The notes under the pieces are model-generated. The model saw only the letters and a list, made by a program, of their open reading frames with translations. It ran no database searches and had not been told where the DNA came from. 63,040 nucleotides of DNA from a virus (Duplodnaviria > Caudoviricetes), in IMG/VR virus record IMGVR_UViG_3300031939_000001, positions 1 to 63,040 of that record; one strand, 5' to 3'. This document shows, in pieces, positions 30,063-38,321 of this stretch; the first letter of the stretch is position 1, and every line of letters starts with the position of its first letter. A program made the position numbers and the translations under genes.

Positions 30063-30817
30063 CAGGCTGCCCTCATGTCGGCGAGCGCCCGGGCGACCTC
30101 GTCGGCGAGCACGGCGTAGTCCTCCACCGCGCGCGCCTTGGGCGCGTAGTCATCGAGCAGCTTGCGCATCGAGCGGGTCTCGTCGGCGAGCACGTCCTGC
30201 CGGATCGGCGAGAAGACCCGGTAGCCCCGGCCGGTGAAGATGCTCGGCACCAGCCGGGCCATCCGGGTCCGGCTCGGCCGCCACGGCAGCAGGCCGAGCA
30301 CCGGCGTGTGGAGCTGGTCGGCCCGGCCGATCGCCTCCCACGTCGTGTCCACCGACCCGGCCTCCACCGGGAACGGGATGATCGCGGCGTCGGCGGCCGC
30401 CAGCGCCGCCAGGGTCAGCCGCGACGTGACGGCGCCCCGGGTGTCGATGAGCACGACGTCGTAGACCTTGCGCAGGCCGTGCACGAGCGCGGCGGTCTGG
30501 TCGCCCACGTTGTGGTCGTGCTCGCTGACCGCGAGGCCTCCCCCGGCGGGGATGAGCACGAGCCCCTCGCGCAGCGGCACGGCGATCTCCTCGAGCCGGG
30601 CGGACCCGGCCAGCCAGTCATCGACGGCCGGCGCGTCCTCGCCGCGCCCGGGCGCCAACCAGCGGGTCAGGACGTGGTCGGGGTCGAAGTCGACGATGGC
30701 GACGGTGGCGCCGCGGGCGGCGAGCGCCGGGCCGAGCACGCCGGTGGTCACGGTCTTGCCGGCGCCGCCCTTGCCGACGATGGCGATGGATCCCTGGATT
30801 CTGGTAGCTGCTGACAT
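30062..30817 (-). CDS. parA: ParA-family partition ATPase
   Basis: KGGAGKT deviant Walker A, VDFDP, YDVVLIDT, AADAAIIP. Confidence 0.9.
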   Translation of the reverse strand: MSAATRIQGSIAIVGKGGAGKTVTTGVLGPALAARGATVAIVDFDPDHVLTRWLAPGRGEDAPAVDDWLAGSARLEEIAVPLREGLVLIPAGGGLAVSEHDHNVGDQTAALVHGLRKVYDVVLIDTRGAVTSRLTLAALAAADAAIIPFPVEAGSVDTTWEAIGRADQLHTPVLGLLPWRPSRTRMARLVPSIFTGRGYRVFSPIRQDVLADETRSMRKLLDDYAPKARAVEDYAVLADEVARALADMRAA

Positions 30818-30819
30818 AG

Positions 30820-31090
30820 CGCGAAAGCTAGCAGGACTGCGAGCCACCTCACAAGTCAGACACGCTGCAATCTAGCTACATCGTGGGCTATCGACGCACA
30901 TCGCCAGCTTGCTAGCACGCTTGGTAGCGACCTAGGTAGCTTGCTAGCTAGCGAGATAGGGACGTACATCACTAGCTATCGCCGTAGCCATCTAGTGGGT
31001 CAGCTAGGCCCGTAGTCACTCATCTAGCTGGACAGACAGTTAGGGATAGCGGTGACTAGCCGGATAGGTAGCGGGCTGGCCAACTAGTCG
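30820..31090. repeat. Centromere/operator-like TAGC/CTAG repeat field upstream of parA
   Basis: 12 CTAG in 270 bp, whereas CTAG is rare in the coding regions. Confidence 0.7.
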
Positions 31091-31229
31091 GCGACGGTCG
31101 CCCCCCGGCCGGTCCGGCGCCCCGGCGAGCCGGGTGCACGCTCAATGCCCCGGTCGGCGCGGCCGCTTCGGCGTGCGGAACGAGCCCGGCCGGTCCACAC
31201 TGCCCCTCGCAGGGGGAAGGGGGACCACC

Positions 31230-31547
31230 GTGAAGGTGAACGGGAGGGGCGCGACCAGGAGCGCCATCGCAGGGGCCGCGCTGCTGGTGGGCGTGGCGAC
31301 CGGGGGAGTGTGGGGCTCGGGCACCGGCAGCACCACGCCGGCGCCGGAGGCCAGCGGCTGCTACGTCGTCGCGGGGCGCGCGGGCACACTGCCGTGCGTC
31401 AGTCCGTACGCGAACGACCCGCAGACCCTGATCGCCCGCCGGGTCGCTGGGCGGGTGTTCGTCGGCTGTGTGCTCGGCGTGCTGGCCGGGCCGGAGGGCT
31501 GGTACTACGGCTGTCTCGGCGGCCTGGCGGCCAACATTCCGTGGTAG
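31230..31547 (+). CDS. Secreted/membrane small protein with Gly-rich, Cys-paired C-terminus
   Basis: Signal-like N-terminus; GCVLGVLAGPEGWYYGCLGGLAANIPW. Confidence 0.6.
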   Translation: MKVNGRGATRSAIAGAALLVGVATGGVWGSGTGSTTPAPEASGCYVVAGRAGTLPCVSPYANDPQTLIARRVAGRVFVGCVLGVLAGPEGWYYGCLGGLAANIPW

Positions 31548-31600
31548 GCCCGGATCGTCGTCGACCGTCGGTAACGTTCGGCCCTGGCCCGGAAGCCAGA

Positions 31601-31642
31601 AAGAGCCCCCCGCCCGTCGTGATGACGGGTCGGGGGGCTCTT
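31601..31642. terminator. Bidirectional hairpin terminator
   Basis: AAGAGCCCCCCG..CGGGGGGCTCTT between convergent genes. Confidence 0.78.
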
Positions 31643-31645
31643 GCG

Positions 31646-31864
31646 TTACAGCTCGACGCTGACGATCCGGGCGGCGGTGACCATCTCGCCCCGGACGTGC
31701 CAGCACATCCACGCGGCGAGGTTGCGCGCCTCGATGTCGGCGCTGGTCAGGCTCGGCCGGTCGTCCACGGCCACGGTGACGTGGTGGGTCCGCGCCCGCC
31801 ACGGCCGCTGATCGCGGTGGCGGACGACGTCGACCTCGATCTGGTAGATCAGCGAGTCGCTCAC
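31646..31864 (-). CDS. Hypothetical protein
   Basis: ORF directly after the protease. Confidence 0.6.
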   Translation of the reverse strand: MSDSLIYQIEVDVVRHRDQRPWRARTHHVTVAVDDRPSLTSADIEARNLAAWMCWHVRGEMVTAARIVSVEL

Positions 31865-31865
31865 C

Positions 31866-33080
31866 TCAGAGATGGTGCCGGAACTTCCACGCCTCGTAGG
31901 AGGCGGCCGCCTCGGTGGACTTCCGCCAGCTCCGGGGGTGGGCGGCGAAGCGGTCCATGTCGGCGAACGGGAAGTCGTCGAGCGGGGACCCCGGCGCCGG
32001 TGGGGGACCGGGCACCGGCGCCGGGGGGTCGGGGGGCGTCGGCACGGGGGCCGGCGCCGGGGGCGGCGGCGGGGTCGCGCCCCGCAGGCAGGCCAGCAGG
32101 GCGGCGCCGTTCACCACGCCCCACCCGGAGGCGTCGTCGCGCCCGGTGGAGGCGGGATAGGCGCCGTTGCTGCCGCCGGTGACGTCCCAGCAGACCTCCG
32201 GGTGCGCGGCGAGCACGGTGGGCAGGTCGAAGCGCGCGCCGCCGAGCGCCTCGAGCAGCAGCAGGTGCAGCCCGGCGTAGAGCGGCGCCACGGCCGAGGT
32301 GCCGCCGACGACGGCCGCCTGGCCGTCCACGATCACCCGGTAGCCGCTGTAGGGGTCGGCGTTGCCGGACACGTCGGGCACCTGGCGGCCGGCGAAGTGC
32401 GCCGAGACGCCGCCGCCGGTCGCCGAGTTCGGCCCGTCGTTCCACACCGTCTCGGCGGCCCGGGCGCCGTTGACGTCGAGCACCAGCCGGGTGCCGCCGC
32501 AGGCGACGACGTGCGGGCTGGACGCCGGGAAGTCGCAGTGCTTGCCGGACTCGCCGTCCCCGGAGCCCTGGTCGCCGGCGGCGCAGTAGACCGCGACGCC
32601 CTTGGCCTGGAGCTGGGCGAACAGCGCGTCGAACTGGTCGAGGGTGGCCGACGGCCAGGAGTCCTCGGGGCCGCCCCAGGAGATCGACACGACGTCGTTC
32701 TCGGCGCCGGCCTGGGCGATGGCGTCGTAGAATCCCTGGTCGGTGTTGGGCGCGAAGTAGACCCGGATGGTCGCGCCCGGGGCGACCGCGCCGGCCACCT
32801 CGATGTCGAGCAGCACCTCGCCGTCGGCGCCGTCCGGGCCGTCGGAGACCGGCTGGCCGCCGTCCACGCCGATCGAGGTGACCGACGGCTCGGGCAGGGC
32901 CTGCTGGGTGAAGTAGGCCCGAATGCTGGCCGGGTCCGCGGCGCCGCCGAGCTCGACGATGCCCAGCGAGTAGCCCTTGCCGGTGTAGGTCTCGGGGAAG
33001 CCGTAGGCGAGCGCGACCTGGCGCGCGGACAGCGGTGCGGTGGTGACGTGCGGGTAGCAGACGAACGGGCGCGCGGGCAC
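31866..33080 (-). CDS. Sedolisin/kumamolisin (S53) protease, catalytic domain only
   Basis: DGEVLLDIEV, ISISWG-like SISWG, AAGDQG, PASSPHV..GGT, GGTSAVAP, DVTGGSNG, G.D..SGWG. Confidence 0.88.
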   Translation of the reverse strand: MPARPFVCYPHVTTAPLSARQVALAYGFPETYTGKGYSLGIVELGGAADPASIRAYFTQQALPEPSVTSIGVDGGQPVSDGPDGADGEVLLDIEVAGAVAPGATIRVYFAPNTDQGFYDAIAQAGAENDVVSISWGGPEDSWPSATLDQFDALFAQLQAKGVAVYCAAGDQGSGDGESGKHCDFPASSPHVVACGGTRLVLDVNGARAAETVWNDGPNSATGGGVSAHFAGRQVPDVSGNADPYSGYRVIVDGQAAVVGGTSAVAPLYAGLHLLLLEALGGARFDLPTVLAAHPEVCWDVTGGSNGAYPASTGRDDASGWGVVNGAALLACLRGATPPPPPAPAPVPTPPDPPAPVPGPPPAPGSPLDDFPFADMDRFAAHPRSWRKSTEAAASYEAWKFRHHL

Positions 33081-33109
33081 GGCTCTCCTCTGTGGAGTGG
33101 TGAGGGGGG

Positions 33110-33139
33110 TTGGCGTTGCGTCGGGGGGCGCGCTACGGT
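33110..33139 (+). promoter_or_regulatory. SigA-like promoter for the CRISPR-repeat RNA
   Basis: TTGGCG-N18-TACGGT ending 5 nt before repeat 1. Confidence 0.55.
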
Positions 33140-33144
33140 CGGCG

Positions 33145-33246
33145 GCAGTCCCCGCACACGCGGGGGTGACTCGCAGCTTCGGCTGAGGATCGCAACGTCG
33201 AGATCGGGAGATCGAGACACGTCCCCGCTCACGCGGGGGTCCCTGC
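33145..33246 (+). CRISPR. Cas-less type I-E mini-array (repeat, 44-nt spacer, repeat)
   Basis: GCAGTCCCCGCACACGCGGGGGTGACTCG (33145-33173) and CACGTCCCCGCTCACGCGGGGGTCCCTGC (33218-33246) fit the 29-nt I-E layout N4-TCCCCGC-N4-GCGGGG-N8. Confidence 0.75.
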
Positions 33247-33280
33247 GGGGGCGGGACGCTCCGGTAGCGCCCGCCCCCGC
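33245..33280. terminator. Hairpin closing the mini-array and the late operon
   Basis: GCGGGGGCGGG..CCCGCCCCCGC inverted repeat. Confidence 0.65.
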
Positions 33281-33287
33281 CTCCGTG

Positions 33288-33748
33288 TCAGGGCAGCACG
33301 GGGGGCGTGAGCAGCCCGGCCACCTGGCCCTGCAGGGTTGCCACCTGCGACTGCAGGGTGGTGATGTCCTGACCCTGACTGGTCACGGTGGCCGACAGCG
33401 CGGTGACCGAGGCCGAGAGCTGGCCGAAGTTGGTCAGCACGGTCTGGGCGAAGTCGGCCGCCGTCTGGGAGAGCAGGCAGTTGGCCTGCAGCCAGAGCAG
33501 GTGGTTGGCCAGCGAGGTGATCGCGTCCAGCGCGGCCGCGGCGAGCGCGGCGTGCGCGGGGTCGGGGCTCGCGGCGAACTCGGCGAGGTCGGGCATTAGT
33601 ACCCCCTCGCCGCCCGGGCGGCCACGAGGTCCGCCCGGGCCTGCGCGACGGCGTCCTGGTCGACCGGATCGGCCTGCAGGAGCACCGCGAGCGCGCGCAT
33701 CGCGTCGATGACCGCCTGATCCAGCGCCGCCGGGTCGGGTGCGGTCAC
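33288..33748 (-). CDS. Two small late genes (33288-33596 coiled coil; 33596-33748)
   Basis: TAATG and GTGA overlaps after the holin. Confidence 0.6.
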
Positions 33749-33990
33749 ACCTGCTCCCGGTGTCGCCCCAGCGCCGCCGGCGTGAGGTCGCGGCCGACGG
33801 TGATGCTCGACAGCGACGTGCACACCGACAGCGCGGTGGCGCCGACCGCGAGCGACAGCGCCCCCAGCCAGTTGGTGTGCAGGACGTCGACCGGCGCCGA
33901 GGTCATCGTCAGGGCGGCGATGAGCGACTGCCCGAAGGTCTTGGCCGCTCGCTCGGCGGTGGCCGCCCAGAAGGCGCGGGACGTGAGCAC
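33745..33990 (-). CDS. Holin (r1t-like)
   Basis: FWAATAERAAKTFGQ..NWLGALS..ATALSVCTS. Confidence 0.85.
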   Translation of the reverse strand: MLTSRAFWAATAERAAKTFGQSLIAALTMTSAPVDVLHTNWLGALSLAVGATALSVCTSLSSITVGRDLTPAALGRHREQV

Positions 33991-34037
33991 GAGGGGGTGG
34001 ACTCCTTTCCGGTGGGAGGTGGGCTTAGTGGCAGCGA

Positions 34038-35930
34038 TCAGGCGACCAGGCCCTGCTGGATCAGCGCGGTGCGCAGGCTGTTCACCAGCGCCTGCGTGGT
34101 CGCCGCGTCCACGGCGGCGGCCGGCACCGACGCCACCTGCGTGCTGCCCCGCAGGACGGCGATCGAGGTGAAGTAGGCATTGTCCTGCGCGGTGACCATC
34201 AGCCCGGTGTTGCGGCTGCCGCCGATGGTGGCGTGCGACGTGGAGTCGTAGGTGGTCGACAGCGTCGCCAGCCGTGCCCCGGAGGAGTCGTACAGATCGG
34301 CCCTCAGCGCCTGCTGGTCGTAGGTGAAGGTGACCCGGAACCGGTCCCCGGCGACCGGGGTGAGCGGGGTGGTGGCCAGCACCGTGGCGGCGCCGCCGAT
34401 AATCAGCCGCACCCGGAACGAGGCGCTGGTGATCTCCGCGGCGAGCAGGTTGGAGGTGTCGACCGACCGGGCGATCACGGCCGCGCCGCCGCCGCCCTGG
34501 TAGGTGATGTCCGCCGAGGTCTGCCCGTTGTTGCCGACCGCCGCGGTCAGCGTCCGCCGGCCGCCGCCGGTGTTGGTGCACTGCAGCCCGGCCGCCGCCG
34601 CCGCCCAGGTGGCCCCAGACGAAGCGGTGTAGGTCTGCCCGGAGTCTGCGGCGAGCGCGTTCCCGCCGGAGCGCAGCCCCGAGTCGTTGACCACGGTGCG
34701 GTAGCTGGACGGGGTGCGGGTGCCGGTGACCACGTCGCGCAGCGCCTGGGCGCTCAGCACGTAGCCGAGGCTGGTCGGCAGCTGCGACGGCCGGGTGGAG
34801 GGCATCTGCACCACGGAGGCCAGGTACACGTCCTGCGCGATGTTCGACGACGGCAGAGAGATCGGGGACGCGGCGAACGCCGCGAGGCCGAGGTTGTCGT
34901 AGTCGTAGTGCGCGCTGTAGCCGCACACCACGCCGGAGACGACGACGTTCTGGTGCTGTCCGTAGCCGCGCGGGACCGGGTCGAAGAAGATGTCCGCGCT
35001 GGTCGCGGGGGCGGCCATGCCGTTGCACTGCGCGACCCAGGACGAGCCCACCGAGTTGCGCAGGCTGACCGCGTGGATCCCGTCGAGGCCGTTGCGGGCG
35101 GCGACCAGGCCGTGGAAGTTCCCCGAGTGCAGGTTGTCCAGGAAGATGCCGTACTGGCCGTTACCCCAGGCGTGCAGGTTGGTGTACGTCGACTCGGAGT
35201 GGTCGAGGTGGATGCCGTGCCTGCCGTTGTTCCGGCCGCGCAGGTTGGAGCCGACGACCTCCCGGTAGCCCGACTTGATCCAGATGCCGTCCTGGGCGTT
35301 GTCGTGGCCGTACAGGTTGTCGGCGAGCAGCACCCGGACGGTGTCGGAGCCGGAGCCGCCGGAGAGGACCCCCTCGAGGTAGAAGCCGTTGCCGGCGACG
35401 TTCGCCGCCTCCAGGTCGTGGATGCGGGAGCCGGTGCAGCGGATGGTGTGCAGCCCGTACCGGCTAGAGACGCCCTCGAGCGCCTTGCTGCCGAGCATCG
35501 TGAAGTTGTCGATCTCGATGCCGCTGTTGCCATTGGTCTGGTCGGCGTTCTGGATGATCGCGGCCAGCCCGGCGACGGTCTGGTTCAGCACGGTGCGACC
35601 CGGTCCGGCGCCGGTCAGCCGCACATTGTCGGGCACGGTAATGGTGGCGGTGACGGTGTAGGTGCCGGGGAGCAGCTCAACGGCGCCGCCGCCGTTGGCG
35701 GCCAGGTCGTTGATGGCGGCCTGGATTCCGGCGTCGGTGAAGGTGGTCACCACCCGTCGGCTGTCGCCGACCGGCACCAGGCCCGCCGTGAGCGCGGCCG
35801 GGAGGTTGGTCGAGTCGAACTCGCTGACCGGGTCGGCCGAGGCGGTGGAGTGCTTGGCGCGGGCGCGGGCGACGGGGTCGGTGCCATCCTCCCGAATGAG
35901 CTGACCACCCGGGTCGCTGAGGTCGGTCAC
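34038..35930 (-). CDS. Tailspike/depolymerase with right-handed beta-helix
   Basis: AGIQAAIN..GGGAVELLPGTY..LTGAG, repeated N..DGI strands. Confidence 0.78.
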   Translation of the reverse strand: MTDLSDPGGQLIREDGTDPVARARAKHSTASADPVSEFDSTNLPAALTAGLVPVGDSRRVVTTFTDAGIQAAINDLAANGGGAVELLPGTYTVTATITVPDNVRLTGAGPGRTVLNQTVAGLAAIIQNADQTNGNSGIEIDNFTMLGSKALEGVSSRYGLHTIRCTGSRIHDLEAANVAGNGFYLEGVLSGGSGSDTVRVLLADNLYGHDNAQDGIWIKSGYREVVGSNLRGRNNGRHGIHLDHSESTYTNLHAWGNGQYGIFLDNLHSGNFHGLVAARNGLDGIHAVSLRNSVGSSWVAQCNGMAAPATSADIFFDPVPRGYGQHQNVVVSGVVCGYSAHYDYDNLGLAAFAASPISLPSSNIAQDVYLASVVQMPSTRPSQLPTSLGYVLSAQALRDVVTGTRTPSSYRTVVNDSGLRSGGNALAADSGQTYTASSGATWAAAAAGLQCTNTGGGRRTLTAAVGNNGQTSADITYQGGGGAAVIARSVDTSNLLAAEITSASFRVRLIIGGAATVLATTPLTPVAGDRFRVTFTYDQQALRADLYDSSGARLATLSTTYDSTSHATIGGSRNTGLMVTAQDNAYFTSIAVLRGSTQVASVPAAAVDAATTQALVNSLRTALIQQGLVA

Positions 35931-35960
35931 GAAGAGGCTCCTTCGGTCGTGGGGTGGCGG

Positions 35961-36311
35961 TCAGTGGAAGTGCAGGTAGATGCCGGAGGCCACGCCGAGC
36001 AGCGAGACCGCCGAGCCGGTGGCCAGGCCCCAGCGCCAGCGGCGGTCCTCGGCCCGGACGGCGGCGGCGGCGCGGTGGGCCTCCTCGAGCGCCTCGATGG
36101 CGCGCAGCCGCTCGGCGCGCTCGGCGCCGAGGTCGACGTTGAGCTCGTCGAAGCGCCTTTCGACTTCCCTTCTCGGGACGTAGTCGTTGGGCAGGCGGCC
36201 GAGGGCGGTGTGCAGGTCGCGGGAGAGCTGGTCTACGGAGTTCTTGAGCTCGGCCAGGCCCTGGGTCACCAAGCCGATCACCGTGGGCCCCGATCCGTCG
36301 TTGGGGGTCAC
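35961..36311 (-). CDS. Coiled-coil membrane protein of the lysis cassette
   Basis: YVPRRE coiled coil plus C-terminal TM; follows the endolysin. Confidence 0.7.
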   Translation of the reverse strand: MTPNDGSGPTVIGLVTQGLAELKNSVDQLSRDLHTALGRLPNDYVPRREVERRFDELNVDLGAERAERLRAIEALEEAHRAAAAVRAEDRRWRWGLATGSAVSLLGVASGIYLHFH

Positions 36312-37300
36312 CAGAGCGACCAGACGGGCTTGTGCGCGGCGGTGTAGGCGACGAGGTTGCCGTCGGCCTGCATGACGAGCCGGGTGGCGCCGGAGCCGCG
36401 GGTGTTGCTCGCCCACAGCGGCTTGGTGCCGAGGTAGACGACGATGTTCTGGTCGGTCTGGAAGACCAGCCGGGCCCCGGGATGGCCGCTGGTGTTGGTG
36501 GCCCAGCGGGCGCCGGAGGGCCCGTAGACGACGGCGTTGCCGTCGGCCTGCATGGTGAAGCGGTAGGCGCCGCCGAGCAGCGCCTGGCCGACGGCGAGGG
36601 TCTGGCCGGGGGCGAGCGCCGAGGGTGCCGGTGCGGGCTTGGGTGCGGGCTTGGGTGCGGGCGCCGGCGCCGGTCCGGGGACGGGCTTGGGTGCCGGTGC
36701 GGCCGCGCCCATCAGCGGCAGCGGGATGCACAGGACGTCCTCGTCGAAGTCCAGCGCCGAGATCCCGGGGATGATCGGCCAGTTGACGTGGCCGACGCGC
36801 TGGTAGAGGTGCGCCTTGGCCGACAGCTCGCCGTTGCTCCACGCGGCGGTCTGCCAGCCGTACTGCACCGGCTGCTGGCCGGGGGTGACGAAGTGCTCGA
36901 CCACGTCGAAGCTGCCGTAGATGCCCACCGGCCGGTTGGTCGCCTGGTTGAAGGCGGCGGCGTAGGCGGCGATCGTCGAGAAGTCCGAGGGCTGTGCGTC
37001 GAAGTCGACGGCGAAGAAGATCACCGCGTCCCTCGGGTAGCCGACCCGGTCGGCCTCGGCCTCGGCCGCCGCACCGTCGGCCGCCCCGGCCGCGGCGCCG
37101 CCGGTGACCCGGTTGGCGGTGGTCTCCCAGACCAGGCCGACCATCAGGCCGGCGGCCCGGTAGGCGGCGATCTGCGCGGCGGTCAGGTCCTTGGACCCGC
37201 CGCCGGACAGGTAGCCGATGACGAAGCTGTAGCCGCACTGCTTGACGGCGGGTGGGGCGGGCCTCGCCCAGGCGAAGTCGATGCCACCGATCTCGGTCAA
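36308..37300 (-). CDS. Endolysin: DUF1906/GH25-like hydrolase plus bulb-type lectin domain
   Basis: GIDF..GYLS..K.LT..VWE..IFFAVDFD..GIYG..WQT.AWS; PK/PA linker; three QxDxNxVxY motifs. Confidence 0.87.
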   Translation of the reverse strand: MTEIGGIDFAWARPAPPAVKQCGYSFVIGYLSGGGSKDLTAAQIAAYRAAGLMVGLVWETTANRVTGGAAAGAADGAAAEAEADRVGYPRDAVIFFAVDFDAQPSDFSTIAAYAAAFNQATNRPVGIYGSFDVVEHFVTPGQQPVQYGWQTAAWSNGELSAKAHLYQRVGHVNWPIIPGISALDFDEDVLCIPLPLMGAAAPAPKPVPGPAPAPAPKPAPKPAPAPSALAPGQTLAVGQALLGGAYRFTMQADGNAVVYGPSGARWATNTSGHPGARLVFQTDQNIVVYLGTKPLWASNTRGSGATRLVMQADGNLVAYTAAHKPVWSLW

Positions 37301-37393
37301 CGGGGGTCCTTCCGGTTCTCCGGGCATGAAAAAAGCCCCGGCCGCCGGGTCGGCGGGGGGGGCGTGGGTCTGAGGTTGGGGTGATGGGGCGGG

Positions 37394-37963
37394 TCAGATG
37401 CCGAGGATCGTGCCGTAGGGGTTGGGGCCGCAGTCCTCGAGCACGAAGTCGTAGCGGCCACGGGCGTCGGCGCCGATGGTGGCGGTCGTGCCGCTGTTGG
37501 GGATCACCCACGAGTCGAAGCAGTAGCTGGCATTCTGTGTCGCCACGAAGTAGCCGACCCCGGTGATGGTCTGGCTGCCGGGCCCGCCGGTGAGCACATG
37601 GACGGTTCGCAGAGAGCAGACGGCCTGGTTGCCGTTGACCGTCGCGTTGACGCCGGCGGCGCCGAGGACGTTCCAGGTGCACTGCCCGTTCACGGTGTTG
37701 TTCTGGAGGGTGCCCATGGCGGTCGCCTTGTAGAGCCGCCCCGTCTGCAGGGTGACGATCACCCGCATGTACGAGGCGATCCCGGCCCCCGTGAACGACT
37801 GGTTTGTCGTCCCATCGGCGTAGCCGATGATCTTGGGGACGGTCGCGGCGACCGCGCTCAGGGAGTTGTCGACGTCGGTCGCGAGGTTCTGGATGTCCTG
37901 CGGCACGTTGGGCGCGGCGGTGCTGACCGGGTAGCGCAGGCCGTACTTGGGGGTGGTCGACAC
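37394..37963 (-). CDS. Minor tail protein
   Basis: TTPKYGLRYP..APNVPQDIQNLATDVD N-terminus. Confidence 0.72.
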   Translation of the reverse strand: MSTTPKYGLRYPVSTAAPNVPQDIQNLATDVDNSLSAVAATVPKIIGYADGTTNQSFTGAGIASYMRVIVTLQTGRLYKATAMGTLQNNTVNGQCTWNVLGAAGVNATVNGNQAVCSLRTVHVLTGGPGSQTITGVGYFVATQNASYCFDSWVIPNSGTTATIGADARGRYDFVLEDCGPNPYGTILGI

Positions 37964-38033
37964 TGAGGGGTCCTCCGGGGCGCGACGAGGAGCCCGGGCG
38001 CCAGGCGGCGCGCGGGCTGGGGGATGAGGAAGG

Positions 38034-38321
38034 TCAGGGCTGGCCGACGAGGCGGCCGAGGATGAACAGCTGGTTATCCACGTAGGCGCAGAGCACCCGG
38101 TCGTTGACCGTCGGGGTGTAGGCCGCGAGGTAGCCGGCGGCCGTGGTCTCCACCCCGCGCCGAGTGACCTTGACGAGGTAGGCGGTGCCGCTGGCCGCGC
38201 CGTTCGCGGTGGCCGTGGTGACCGTGGCGACCACCGACTTCCCGGCGCCGACCGCGTCGGCGACGTTCGTGGCGTGCTGGTCGGCGAGGGCGAAGGCGGC
38301 GCGCTGCAGTTCGCGGCTCAC
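38034..38321 (-). CDS. Small baseplate/OB-fold tail protein
   Basis: LAAYTPTVNDRV..ILGRL. Confidence 0.68.
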   Translation of the reverse strand: MSRELQRAAFALADQHATNVADAVGAGKSVVATVTTATANGAASGTAYLVKVTRRGVETTAAGYLAAYTPTVNDRVLCAYVDNQLFILGRLVGQP

